Origin: an uncultured beta proteobacterium
GTDB lineage: Bacteria; Pseudomonadota; Gammaproteobacteria; Burkholderiales; SG8-39
Assembly (NCBI GenBank): GCA_903859155.1
Contig: CAIOLO010000049.1
Location: 4,609 to 68,608 of the forward strand
Direction: 5' to 3'
DNA: 64,000 nt
The number at the start of each line of letters is the position of its first letter. Position 1 is the first letter of the stretch. This document shows, in pieces, positions 8,687-17,990 of this stretch. A program made the translations under genes and the position numbers. The notes beneath the pieces were generated by a model, which was not told where the DNA came from, made no database searches, and saw only the letters and a program-made list of their open reading frames with translations.

Positions 8687-11652
8687 CCTGAGTCCCCGAT
8701 CAGGGAAAACGGCGCCCAGAACATCGGGTGCGCGTAGCTGAAGCGCACCCGGCCGGCGGCGTCTTTCGCTTCTCCGCGGTCGATCAGGTTCAACAGCGTC
8801 TGGCGCAGCGCCTGGCCGCGGGTCAGCGAGGGGTCTTCGCTTTGCCTGCGGAAAAGATCCGTGGTGATGAGCCGCGCACTCACCGTCTCGACCGGCCAGT
8901 GGGAAACCAGCAGTGCGCGCGCGCCGGCGTAGAAGAACCCGCGTCCGAGACCTGAGACGGCTTCGCTGCCGGCGCCATTGCCGGCTGCGGTATTGCATGC
9001 CGAGAGCACCACCCAGTCGGCGGCCAGTTTCAGACCGAGCACCTCATCGAGCGTCAGCAGGCCGTCGGCGTCACGCTCACCGGTGAGCGCGGGGTTGGAC
9101 AGGGCCAGCGCCGGCTGCGCGAGGCCCTCGAGGTCGCCGGGCGCAAGTCCGTGTGTGGCAAACATGAGCACGCGATACTGGTCGAGCCTGCGCGCCTTGA
9201 CGTTGGTTTCTGAGGCGTCGGTGCCGAGCAGCACGTCGTTGCTGGCTGCTTTGAGGATGGCGGCAATCTCGCGCACCTCCAGCGCTGTGTCCGGAAGCTG
9301 CGGCAGCCGGCCAACGCCGTAACCGGGCGCAGCGCCGGCTGGTTCGCCGGGTTTGACGACCTGCGGATCATGCCGCAGGTTTCTCACCTGCAGATCGCGG
9401 TGCGTCGCCGGGGCCGAAGATGAAGCTGCGCGAAACCGGGGGTCGCCGAATCCGGCGAATGCAAGGGTCGCCACGCTCGACGCAGCCGTCCCTGGGCGCA
9501 ATGCCGCCAGCGCACTCACCGAAGGCAGTTGGGATATGGCGAGCCTGCGTATCAGCCAGGGCACCTTGCGGTAGGCATCGAAACCCGCGTTGTTCACGAT
9601 GGCCGCAGGTGCGGTCGGCAGCAGCGCAAACGGCAGCTGCCCGAGCGAGCCGTGCGGGACCACGATCAGGCTGTCGGCGTTGCCCCAGGCCTGCTCAAGC
9701 GGCTGCAGCAGTTGCCGGTAAAGCGCGTAGGCAGTCGCGGTATCAAAGGCAGGGAAGGCTGCAAGAGGCACGTCACCGACATCCAGCGCCGAGCGCAGGG
9801 TCTTTACTTTGGAGGCGAGCTCGGCCAAGCCCAGCGCCGACCTTGTAAAACGGACAGGGCCTGATTTTGGAATGGCCCAGGCATAGGTGCGATCATGGGC
9901 GCTATAGGTTGCCACAATCACCTCGCCTGGCTTGAGCAGTTTCAATGACTCCGCCATGCTCAGCGGCCTTGGCTCGATCAGCTGCGAATATTTTGGAAAG
10001 CGCAAGGCAATCTCCCTGCGCAGGTTGTCGCGCTCCCGCGTCGCGGCCTGGATGTCGCGATTCAGGTTGGCGATTGCCTTGTGCTGCGCCTGTCCGCGCT
10101 GGCGCACCAGCAACTCCTCGAGTATCCGGCCGCGCGCCGCCAGGACGTTGCCCAGGTCCTGTTCGCGTCGTGCGATTGCCGCCAGTTCGGGGTCATCGAA
10201 TCTGGCGCGGGCACTGGCCAGCGAAAGTGCGCGCTGCACCGTGGATCCGCGCGCAACATCGGCAAGGCGGAACATTTCGGCGATTGCCCTGGAATCACCC
10301 GATTCCGCCCTGGGCGAGAGGGCTTCGAAATACCCCTCGATGATCCAGTTGGAGATGGTCTCGAGCAGCATGTCGGCCCGGTCCGTGGCGCGGCGGCCCT
10401 GTCTTGCATTGACAAGTCCCGGCAGTGCGGCGGCGAACAGCGGCATCGCCTCGTCTGCGCGACCTGCGCGCAGCAGCGCATAGGCGTACATTCCGGCCCG
10501 CTCGCGGGTGGCATAGAGCGTGGCGGAACGGCGCATGGCCGTTTCATAACTCGCGCGCAACATCGGCAGGGCTGCCGCCGCGCGGCCGGAGCGGATCATT
10601 GCGTAGCCCCATACGACAGAATTGCCGGCGGCACCCAGGGTTTGTGCGCGCCGCTCGAATGCGGCCATGCCGCGATCGAAGCGTCCGGCCATCACCTCGG
10701 ACCAGCCTATCAGCAGCAGGGCGTTGGCCATGACACGCGCGGATTGCCCGCCCTGGCGCTGTCCCAGCGCGGCCAGTGCCGCGGCGGCCTCGCCCAGTGC
10801 GTCTTCGTAGCGCCCCTGCCGCAACTGGGCGCCGGCAAGTTCCAGCGCGAACCGCGCAGTTGCAAGCGAACCCGCGCCCGATTCGCGGCGCGAGCGCGCC
10901 AGGGTGCCGCGGTAGATCCACTCGCTCTCTGCGGTTCTGCCCTGGCGATCCACACTGCTTGCAAGCTGTGCGTCGATCAGGTTCTGCCAATAGCGCAGGT
11001 TTGCGCTGGTCCTGCCGCCCATGCCGGCCCCCAACTGGCGCAGGGCCGATGCCGCAAGGCGGCCCTCGGCTTCGCCTTCGCGGTATTTACCCGCCGCAAG
11101 CAGCAGCGCACCTCGCGCCCAGTGAAGGCGGGTCTGCGCCAGCAGTACGTTGTCGTCCCCGCCGAGTTGGCGCGCCAGGGACTCGGCGCTTGCCAGCCAG
11201 CGGCCGGCCGTGTCGATGTCGGCAATATCGGCGGCATAGACCGCCAGCGCGGTGGCGTGCGCCAGCTTTTCGGAAGGATGAAGGCCGGTGGCCAGAATGT
11301 CCTCCCTGAGTCGCTGCGCGCCGTCCCGGTCGCCCGCTTGCAGCAACGCGCCGGCAAGCAGATTGACGATGCCCGAATCCCTGCCCTCGGCAATGGCGTG
11401 CGCGCTGCGCAACTGCGCAATCTGCGCCACGAGATTGCCCCGGCGGCGGGCCGCTTCGGCGCGGGCCAGGTGGTCCCTGATCTGCGCCGACTTGCCCGCC
11501 TGCGCGGAAGATGTGGAGTGCGGGGATTGCAGCACATCATCAGGTTCTGTTTCCGGGGCTTCGGATACGAAATCGGCCTGAGGGTAGGCATGCAGGGCGA
11601 ATGCGGCAAGCGCAAGCGCGATAAACAGACGGCGAATTTCCGGAATTGCCAT
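8683..11652 (-). CDS. Secreted TPR-repeat / CHAT-domain protein (caspase-fold peptidase family)
   Basis: Signal-peptide-like MAIPEIRRLFIALALAAFALHAYPQA, then about 600 aa of Ala/Leu/Arg-rich helical repeats. The C-terminal CHAT core carries a His (LMFATHGL) and a Cys (VVLSACNTAAG) dyad plus GLGRGFFYAGARALLVSHWPV. Confidence 0.85.
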   Translation of the reverse strand: MAIPEIRRLFIALALAAFALHAYPQADFVSEAPETEPDDVLQSPHSTSSAQAGKSAQIRDHLARAEAARRRGNLVAQIAQLRSAHAIAEGRDSGIVNLLAGALLQAGDRDGAQRLREDILATGLHPSEKLAHATALAVYAADIADIDTAGRWLASAESLARQLGGDDNVLLAQTRLHWARGALLLAAGKYREGEAEGRLAASALRQLGAGMGGRTSANLRYWQNLIDAQLASSVDRQGRTAESEWIYRGTLARSRRESGAGSLATARFALELAGAQLRQGRYEDALGEAAAALAALGQRQGGQSARVMANALLLIGWSEVMAGRFDRGMAAFERRAQTLGAAGNSVVWGYAMIRSGRAAAALPMLRASYETAMRRSATLYATRERAGMYAYALLRAGRADEAMPLFAAALPGLVNARQGRRATDRADMLLETISNWIIEGYFEALSPRAESGDSRAIAEMFRLADVARGSTVQRALSLASARARFDDPELAAIARREQDLGNVLAARGRILEELLVRQRGQAQHKAIANLNRDIQAATRERDNLRREIALRFPKYSQLIEPRPLSMAESLKLLKPGEVIVATYSAHDRTYAWAIPKSGPVRFTRSALGLAELASKVKTLRSALDVGDVPLAAFPAFDTATAYALYRQLLQPLEQAWGNADSLIVVPHGSLGQLPFALLPTAPAAIVNNAGFDAYRKVPWLIRRLAISQLPSVSALAALRPGTAASSVATLAFAGFGDPRFRAASSSAPATHRDLQVRNLRHDPQVVKPGEPAGAAPGYGVGRLPQLPDTALEVREIAAILKAASNDVLLGTDASETNVKARRLDQYRVLMFATHGLAPGDLEGLAQPALALSNPALTGERDADGLLTLDEVLGLKLAADWVVLSACNTAAGNGAGSEAVSGLGRGFFYAGARALLVSHWPVETVSARLITTDLFRRQSEDPSLTRGQALRQTLLNLIDRGEAKDAAGRVRFSYAHPMFWAPFSLIGDSG

Positions 11653-11848
11653 TTGTCGGTAGGCGCGGAGGTTAAGAGTGCTGGTAGGTTGAAATTACAA
11701 ACATTTATTAAAATATACAATATCTGGCGTGTGTTAAATAAATAAATGAATTCAAAAATAGAATATCTATTCCGAGACTGTCCGCAACAAATGCTGGCCT
11801 CGGCTGGATTTGGAGTTCAAATCCGTGTGCCCGCGCCACTGAAGAAAA

Positions 11849-12091
11849 TCAGGCCCCACCGGAATAAACGCTCGCACCGTCGCCCATGTACGCCTCGTAC
11901 ACATGCTCAAAAAGCACGTTGCATTTCGTTCTGAACAATTCGTCCGAGTACGCCTTGGGCAGGTCTTCGAGCCTGCCGCCGGCGCCGAACACTTCTTCCA
12001 TGGCCGAGACCGTGGTCCAGCCCAACTCCGCAAACAATGCGATGTCGGGCTGCTCGACGAGTTGGTCTTCGGTGCAGGCGTGGCAGGTCAT
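11849..12091 (-). pseudogene. hsdR: Collapsed remnant of type I restriction endonuclease subunit R (HsdR): N-terminal about 30 aa joined to the C-terminal about 40 aa
   Basis: The 80-aa reading frame MTCHACTEDQLVEQPDIALFAELGWTTVSAMEEVFG.. looks like an HsdR N-terminus. It runs directly into ..LPKAYSDELFRTKCNVLFEHVYEAYMGDGASVY, which looks like the extreme HsdR C-terminus (DUF3387 region). The roughly 900 aa helicase/nuclease body is absent. Confidence 0.45.
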
Positions 12092-12092
12092 C

Positions 12093-12458
12093 TCATCGAA
12101 TCGGCAATCGGCGAATCCTGTAGCGCGTGTCTTCCACCAGAATGAGCGCGCCAGACGCAAGCGCTTCCGCCTGTTCGGCAATGACTTGTTGTAGCCGCTG
12201 ATTGACCGAGTTGGTGCGCTCATCTGACAAGCGAAATATCACTACGCTGGGCGATGCCACGACACCGAGAGCAAGAATTTCGCCGAAGTCGAGATCGAAG
12301 GTGAGCACAACCCGATCTTCGTCCCGTGCCTTATCGACCAACTGGCGGTCTGGAGCCCGTTGCATTGCCACTTCGCGAACATGTATTGCGTCGTGGCCGT
12401 TCCGACGCAGGAATTCGGCGGTTTTGGGCGAGATCCCCGCGTCGGCGAGGAAGCGCAT
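12093..12458 (-). CDS. DUF5615-family PIN-like (Mut7-C-type) putative toxin
   Basis: MRFLADAGISPKTAEFLRRNGHDAIHVRE..DEDRVVLTFDLDFGEIL matches the DUF5615 consensus. A 1-nt overlap with the upstream DUF433 gene gives classic TA pair geometry. Confidence 0.75.
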   Translation of the reverse strand: MRFLADAGISPKTAEFLRRNGHDAIHVREVAMQRAPDRQLVDKARDEDRVVLTFDLDFGEILALGVVASPSVVIFRLSDERTNSVNQRLQQVIAEQAEALASGALILVEDTRYRIRRLPIR

Positions 12459-12685
12459 TACATGCCAGCGGGAATGGGGTGGACCTGATCCTCAGCAATC
12501 GCCGCTGCGTAGCTTAGCGCCTGGCGGACATCATCTTCCACAAGATCAGGATGTTCTGCGACGATTTGCGCCGACGTCATGCCGTTGGCGACAAGATTCA
12601 CTACATGGGCGACCGAGATCCGCAGGCCGCGCAACGTCGCGCGCCCGGCGAGCACGTTGGGATCATGTGTGATGCGATCGAACAT
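12458..12685 (-). CDS. DUF433-domain putative antitoxin
   Basis: 75 aa. ITHDPNVLAGRATLRGLRISVAHVVNLVANGMTSAQIVAEHPDLVEDDVRQALSYA is the DUF433 signature (homeodomain-like HTH). Confidence 0.75.
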   Translation of the reverse strand: MFDRITHDPNVLAGRATLRGLRISVAHVVNLVANGMTSAQIVAEHPDLVEDDVRQALSYAAAIAEDQVHPIPAGM

Positions 12686-13006
12686 GTGCGGGCCTCCGGT
12701 TGGCAGTGAAGAAAGGATAGCATGTCAAGCTACCGAATAGCGCTCGCACCTGCGCACTGCAGTTCGTCTAACCCGCAGGGGTTGCACCCAAATCAGTCGT
12801 TTCAGCACATGCTGAAAATGACGATTTGACTGAAAAACCGGCCCCGCATGTCTTTTTCGCTTGGCAGGACCCAATGCATCAAATCCCTCGGCTTTCTGTC
12901 AGTCCCTCACTGGCACTGCTGGAGCCTGGGCGGTTGCGGCAAGCATAACCACTACCGATGCCTCTGTCGTGGCATACCAAATGGTCATAATTGTAAAATA
13001 CGTTAT

Positions 13007-13126
13007 AAGGAATGACGCGCATTACTGGTAAATGTAAATACCAATATCGTAATAAATGTCATTGAAATCCCGTGATGACAGTATAAAGCTCACCAGCTAC
13101 TGCCGCTCATTTCCGCGTCATTCCTT
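13007..13126. repeat. 13-bp perfect inverted repeat (AAGGAATGACGCG / CGCGTCATTCCTT) bracketing a 94-bp AT-rich core
   Basis: Read directly: 13007-13019 and 13114-13126 are exact reverse complements. The core is far more AT-rich than the flanks. It lies 70-190 bp upstream of the Bug gene at 13199. Confidence 0.6.
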
Positions 13127-13198
13127 CGGGTTTTATCAATATTTTCTGCAGGATGCCAGGGCACGTGAAATAATCCGCGCCGAAACCGGAGAGCACCA

Positions 13199-14200
13199 AT
13201 GATAGCGTCACTTCAATTGCGCCGGCCAGTGCGACCAAGTTTGCTGGCAGAGATTGTTGCGATCGCAGCCCTGGCTGCGGGAAGCGCGTTTGCGCAGGAC
13301 CTTGTCTATCCCACCCGCAACGTCCAGATCATCGTCCCCTACACCCCCGGCACCGGAGCCGACATCCTTTCCCGCGTCATGTCGCCGCGACTCTCCGATC
13401 GCTGGAAGGTGGGTGTGGTGACCGACAACCGCCCCGGGGCCACCGGCAACATCGGCGCCGATTTCGTCGCCAAGGCCGCACCTGACGGCCATGTGCTGCT
13501 GTTTACCGCGACAAGTTTCGGGACCAATCCTGCGCTGGTTCCCAAGATGCCGTTCGATCCGATCAAGAGTTTCACGCCGGTCGCGCTGGTGGCCACGGGC
13601 GCCATGGCGCTGGTGATCAATGCACAGGTTCCGGCTAAATCGATGCGCGAATTCATCGATCTGGTCAAGCGCCAACCGGGCAAGCTCAATTATTCCTCGC
13701 CCGGCAACGGCGGTCCGCAGCACCTGGCGATGGAACTGCTGAAGCTGGAACTGGGCATGGACATCGTGCACGTGCCCTACAAGGCCTCCGCGGGCGCGAT
13801 CACCGACCTGGTGGGCGGGCAGGTGCAGGCGACCGTCTCCTCGCTGCAGACCACCGCGCCCCACGTCACCGGCGGCAAGCTGCGCAATCTGGGCGTGATG
13901 AGTCCGGAGCGCGCCGCCGCTTTCCCCGACGTGCCCACGATGCGCGAGCAGGGCCTGTCGAATCTGGAGGTCGACACCTGGTACGGCGTGTTCGCGCCGG
14001 CCGGAACGCCCGCCGCGATTGTTGCCAAGATCAATGCCGAACTCAACGCGCTGTTGAAAATCCCCGAAGTGCGCGAAGTGCTTGCCAAGCAGGGGCTGGA
14101 TGCGGCGGGCGGCCCGCCGGAGCGCTTTGCCGAGCGTGTGCGCCTGGAAATCCCGCGCTGGACCAAGGTGGTCAACGCCGCAGGCATCAAACCTGATTGA
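13199..14200 (+). CDS. Bug-family (TctC-like) tripartite tricarboxylate transporter substrate-binding protein
   Basis: Signal peptide, then YPTRNVQIIVPYTPGTGADILSRV..NRPGATGNIGADFVAKAAPDGHVLL..NYSSPGNGGPQHL..VHVPYKASAGAITDLVGGQV..W.KV. All are canonical Bug motifs. Confidence 0.9.
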   Translation: MIASLQLRRPVRPSLLAEIVAIAALAAGSAFAQDLVYPTRNVQIIVPYTPGTGADILSRVMSPRLSDRWKVGVVTDNRPGATGNIGADFVAKAAPDGHVLLFTATSFGTNPALVPKMPFDPIKSFTPVALVATGAMALVINAQVPAKSMREFIDLVKRQPGKLNYSSPGNGGPQHLAMELLKLELGMDIVHVPYKASAGAITDLVGGQVQATVSSLQTTAPHVTGGKLRNLGVMSPERAAAFPDVPTMREQGLSNLEVDTWYGVFAPAGTPAAIVAKINAELNALLKIPEVREVLAKQGLDAAGGPPERFAERVRLEIPRWTKVVNAAGIKPD

Positions 14201-14214
14201 CGCAAAGGAAAACC

Positions 14215-14931
14215 ATGAGCCAGATTGAAGACATCGTCGCCGCAAACCGGATCCTCGCCGAGCATGGCGTCATCGATGCGTACGGGCACGTCAGCATGCG
14301 CTCCGAGAAGGATCCCAACCGGTACTTTCTGTCGCAGGCAATCGCACCCGAGCGGGTGCATGAGACGGACATCATCGAGTACGACCTGGAGAGCAATCCG
14401 ATCGACCCGGCCGGGCGCGAGTCGGTGCGCGAGCGCTTCATCCACGGCGAGATCTACAAGGCGCGCCCGGAAATCGTGGCGGTGGTGCACAACCATTCGC
14501 CCTCGGTGGTGCCCTTCAGCCTGACCAATGTGCCGATGCGCGCGGTGTTTCACATGGCGGCGTTCGTTGGCGACGGCCTGCCCAACTTCGAGATCCGCGA
14601 CGCGCAGAAGGGCACCGATCTGCTGGTCAAGACGCCCTACCTCGGGCAGGCGCTGGCCAAGGTGCTGGGCAAGCAGCCTGCCGCGCTGATGCGCGGCCAC
14701 GGCTCGGTGACGGTGGGCGAATCGCTGCCGCGCGCGGTGGGACGCAGCATCTACCTGGAGATGAGCGCGCGCATGCAGATGCAGGCGATGATGATCGCAG
14801 GCCCCGGCGGCAAGCTCGTTTTCATCGATGAGGCCGAGCAGAACGCGTCGGTGCCGGCCCAGGAATACAACCGCGCGTGGCCGCTGTGGCGCGAGCGCGC
14901 GCTGGCGCAGATTCGGGCCGAGAAAAAGTAG
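14215..14931 (+). CDS. Class II aldolase/adducin-domain protein
   Basis: AANRILAEHGVIDAYGHVSMRS..RFIHGEIYKARPEIVAVVHNHSP..LMRGHGSVTVG (metal-binding His cluster). ATG 14215 chosen; the ORF opens at 14197. Confidence 0.8.
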   Translation: MSQIEDIVAANRILAEHGVIDAYGHVSMRSEKDPNRYFLSQAIAPERVHETDIIEYDLESNPIDPAGRESVRERFIHGEIYKARPEIVAVVHNHSPSVVPFSLTNVPMRAVFHMAAFVGDGLPNFEIRDAQKGTDLLVKTPYLGQALAKVLGKQPAALMRGHGSVTVGESLPRAVGRSIYLEMSARMQMQAMMIAGPGGKLVFIDEAEQNASVPAQEYNRAWPLWRERALAQIRAEKK

Positions 14932-14968
14932 CCCCCGGCAAACCGCCAACCAACGAGGAAGCATTGCA

Positions 14969-15733
14969 ATGGATCTGCCGCACAACGACTTCAAGCACGC
15001 ACTGGCTGCCGGCAAGGCGCAGATCGGACTGTGGTCGAGCCTGTCGAACAGCTATTGCGTCGAGGTGATCGCGGGTGCGGGCTATGACTGGATCCTGATC
15101 GACACCGAGCACTCTCCGGCGGACCTGGAGAACGTGCTGCGCCAGTTGCAGGCGGCGGCGCCCTATCCCACCGAGGCGGTGGTGCGCGTGGCCTGGAACG
15201 ACATGGTCACCATCAAGCGCACCCTGGATATCGGCGCCCGCTCGCTTTTGATTCCCTACGTGCAGACCGAGGAGGAGGCGCGCAACGCGGTCGCCTACAC
15301 CCGCTATCCGCCGCACGGCATGCGCGGGGTGGCCGGCACCACGCGCGCCACGCGCTTCGGACGCATCGAGAACTATCCGAAGCGTGCGCACCAGGAACTG
15401 TGCGTGCTGGTGCAGATTGAAACCGAATTGGGCCTGAAGAATCTCGAAGCCATCGCGGCGGTGGAGGGGGTCGACGGTGTTTTCATCGGCCCCTCGGATC
15501 TGCACGCTTCGCTCGGTTACACCGGGGAGACCGCCAATCCCAAGGTGATGCCGATCATCGACGAAGCGCTTCGCCGCATCCGCAAGTCCGGAAAGGCGCC
15601 GGGGATTCTGACCGGCGTCGAAGCGCATGCCAAACACTGGCTCGAAGTGGGCGCGCTGTTCGTGGCGGTCGGCGCCGATGTCGGTATCCTGGCGCGCGAA
15701 AGCGAAAAGCTGCTGGCGAAATTCAGGTCCTAG
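14969..15733 (+). CDS. HpcH/HpaI-family aldolase (2-keto-3-deoxy-acid / 2,4-dihydroxyhept-2-enedioate aldolase type)
   Basis: MDLPHNDFKHALAAGKAQIGLWSSLSNSYCVEVIAGAGYDWILIDTEHSP..VRVAWND..IKRTLDIGARSLLIPYVQT.EEA..FIGPSDL. The ORF opens at 14828 but overlaps the preceding gene. Confidence 0.85.
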   Translation: MDLPHNDFKHALAAGKAQIGLWSSLSNSYCVEVIAGAGYDWILIDTEHSPADLENVLRQLQAAAPYPTEAVVRVAWNDMVTIKRTLDIGARSLLIPYVQTEEEARNAVAYTRYPPHGMRGVAGTTRATRFGRIENYPKRAHQELCVLVQIETELGLKNLEAIAAVEGVDGVFIGPSDLHASLGYTGETANPKVMPIIDEALRRIRKSGKAPGILTGVEAHAKHWLEVGALFVAVGADVGILARESEKLLAKFRS

Positions 15734-15819
15734 GGGCCGGGCCGCTCATCGCGGCAGCCGGCCCGGGAACTTGCGCGGTTTCGGCAGGATTTCCCTGCGG
15801 CAAGCGCAGGCTGCCGACG

Positions 15820-16809
15820 CTACTGCCTCTCGATCTTCGCCACCTCGACCACGCGCTTCCATTTGGCGATCTCGGCGGCGACGTAGCTGCGCATTTCCAC
15901 CGGCGTGCTCGAGCGCGCATCGGCGCCCAGGCTGGCAAGCCGTTCACGCGCATCCGGTGATGCGATGGCGCGCACCAGTTCCTGGTTGAGCCGGTCGAGA
16001 ATTGCGCCGGGAAGCCTGGCCGGGGCGGCGATGCCGACCCAGGATGTCACCTCGTAGGTGGGCAGGGTGTCCATTACCGGCGCAACCTCCGGCAGGCTCG
16101 CCGAGCGGGTCTTCGAGGTGACCCCGAGCGCGTGCAGTTTCCCGGCCTTGATCTGCGGCAGCGTCGGGGTCAGGGTGTCGAACAGCATGCTGACGCGTCC
16201 GGTCATGACATCGTTGACCGGCGCGGCGCCGCCGCGATAGGGAATGTGGGTGATGTCGATGGCCGCGACCGATTTGAACAACTCGCCGGCCAGGTGCTGC
16301 GTCGAGCCCACACCGACGGAACTGAAGGAGAGCGTCCCCGGCGCTTTTTTCGCCGTGGCGATAATGTCGGCGACGCTCTTCAGGGGCGAATCCGAAGCGG
16401 TGGCGACCACGAAAGCGAATGTCGCCACCAGCGAGGTCATTGAAAAATCCTCGACCGGATCGAAGGGCAATTGCCGGTACATCGCCGCCGATACGGCGTG
16501 GCCGCCGGTCAGCAGAATGATGGTGTAGCCGTCGGCCGGGGACTTGGCGACATAATCCGAGGCGACATTGCCGCCGGCGCCGGTGCGACCCTCGACGATC
16601 ACCTGCTGGCCGAGCGGCTCGGATATCTTCTGCGCCATCAGGCGCGCGATGATGTCGCCGTTGCCCGCCGGAGCGAAGCCCTGCACCAGTTTGATCGGCT
16701 TGGCGGGCCACGTCTGCGCGGCAGCCGGCGATGCGCATAGCGTGAGCGCGGCAAGCACCGCAGCGGTTGCACCGGACCAGGCGGCCGGATGTCGGGTGGT
16801 GAATGGCAT
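15820..16809 (-). CDS. Bug-family (TctC-like) substrate-binding protein
   Basis: Signal peptide plus WPAKPIKLVQGFAPAGNGDIIARL..GRTGAGGNVASDYVAKSPADGYTI..THIPYRGGAPAVNDVMTGRV. Confidence 0.9.
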   Translation of the reverse strand: MPFTTRHPAAWSGATAAVLAALTLCASPAAAQTWPAKPIKLVQGFAPAGNGDIIARLMAQKISEPLGQQVIVEGRTGAGGNVASDYVAKSPADGYTIILLTGGHAVSAAMYRQLPFDPVEDFSMTSLVATFAFVVATASDSPLKSVADIIATAKKAPGTLSFSSVGVGSTQHLAGELFKSVAAIDITHIPYRGGAAPVNDVMTGRVSMLFDTLTPTLPQIKAGKLHALGVTSKTRSASLPEVAPVMDTLPTYEVTSWVGIAAPARLPGAILDRLNQELVRAIASPDARERLASLGADARSSTPVEMRSYVAAEIAKWKRVVEVAKIERQ

Positions 16810-16881
16810 TGTTTAGCTCCTTGTAGGCGGTTGCAGGTTTAACAGGGACACGGGCAGCGTCAGCCCCGTGTTGCGGAATTC

Positions 16882-17904
16882 TCAGTCCGGTTTAACCCCG
16901 GTTGTCTTGATGATCGAAGGCCATTTGTTCACCTGATCGATCATGAACGTCGCCGCATCTTGCGGCGATCCAGGTTTTGGCTCGAATCCGAACTTTGCGA
17001 ATGTGGTTTTCATCTCGGGGGAGCCCAGTCCGGACACCAGGGCCGCGTTGAGACGGTTGACGATCGCGACCGGCGTGCCCGCGGGGGCGAACATCGCTTC
17101 ACAGACATCGGGGTTGAATCCGACATCCGGAAAGCCGCTTTCGGCGGTTGTCGGCACCTCGGGAAGGTCGGTGCTGCGCGTTCGTCCGGTAAAGGCCAGC
17201 GCCTTGACCTTCCCCTGCTTGATCAGCGGCAGCAGCGTGGCAACCGTGCCGAAATTCAGATCGATGCGGCCGCCGAGCATTTCCGAAACCGCCTGCGCCC
17301 CGCCCTTGAATGGCACTCCCGTGATGTCTGCCCTGGTGCTGAGCCTGAGGGTTTCGGCAAGTATGTTCGGCACGGTGGCCAGGCCGTAGCCCAGCGTGAT
17401 TTTTCCCGGCTGCGCCTTGGCCAGATCGACCAGTTCACGCAGGTTCTTTGCGGGCAGTTGCGGTGTTGCGATGAGCACGTGAGACCAGATCACCAGCGTG
17501 GCGATCGGCGCAAAGCTCTTGAGGGTGTCGTAACCGACGTCGGGATACAGGTGCGGCGTATAGGCCAGATTGGCCGTGCCGATGAGCAGCAGGCTGTAGC
17601 CGTCCGGCGCGGCCGTGGCCACGTACTTGCTGCCGATGGTGGTGCCGGCGCCGGGGCGATTGTCCACGATCACGCTCTGGGCGAGCTGCGTCGACAGGTT
17701 CTGCGCCAGCACCCGCCCCAGTACATCGACCGGAGACCCCGAGGTATAGGGAACGATGATTCTGATCGGTTTGGCGGGATAAGAAGACGTCGCGCCGTCC
17801 AAAGAGCCCTTTGCGGGGTTCTGCTGTCCAATCGCATTGGTTGCGACGCCCAGTCCCAGCAGGACGGCGGCGGTGGTCAGTGTCCGAGCGCAAATTCGAT
17901 TCAT
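16882..17904 (-). CDS. Bug-family (TctC-like) substrate-binding protein
   Basis: MNRICARTLTTAAVLLGLG signal peptide; YPAKPIRIIVPYTSGSPVDVLGRV..NRPGAGTTIGSKYVATAAPDGYSL..GVPFKGGAQAVSEMLGGRI. ATG 17904 chosen; the ORF opens at 17994. Confidence 0.9.
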   Translation of the reverse strand: MNRICARTLTTAAVLLGLGVATNAIGQQNPAKGSLDGATSSYPAKPIRIIVPYTSGSPVDVLGRVLAQNLSTQLAQSVIVDNRPGAGTTIGSKYVATAAPDGYSLLLIGTANLAYTPHLYPDVGYDTLKSFAPIATLVIWSHVLIATPQLPAKNLRELVDLAKAQPGKITLGYGLATVPNILAETLRLSTRADITGVPFKGGAQAVSEMLGGRIDLNFGTVATLLPLIKQGKVKALAFTGRTRSTDLPEVPTTAESGFPDVGFNPDVCEAMFAPAGTPVAIVNRLNAALVSGLGSPEMKTTFAKFGFEPKPGSPQDAATFMIDQVNKWPSIIKTTGVKPD

Positions 17905-17990
17905 GTTGCAGGTCCTCCAGGGGATGGATCGGTTCGAAGCCAACGCCGCGCGCGTCGATGGCGGTCTTCGCGGGCGCCGGGCATTCGCGT

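Noticed and set aside
11795-11840. Sequence GGATTTGGAGTTCAAATCC..GCCCGCGCCA, which superficially resembles a tRNA T-arm plus acceptor end (a possible att-site fragment).
   Set aside because: With TTCAAAT as the T-loop, the flanking 5-bp stems do not pair (TGGAG vs CCGTG). The only real pairing is a 7-bp stem with a 5-nt loop, which is not tRNA geometry. It is more simply a terminator-like hairpin downstream of the hsdR remnant.
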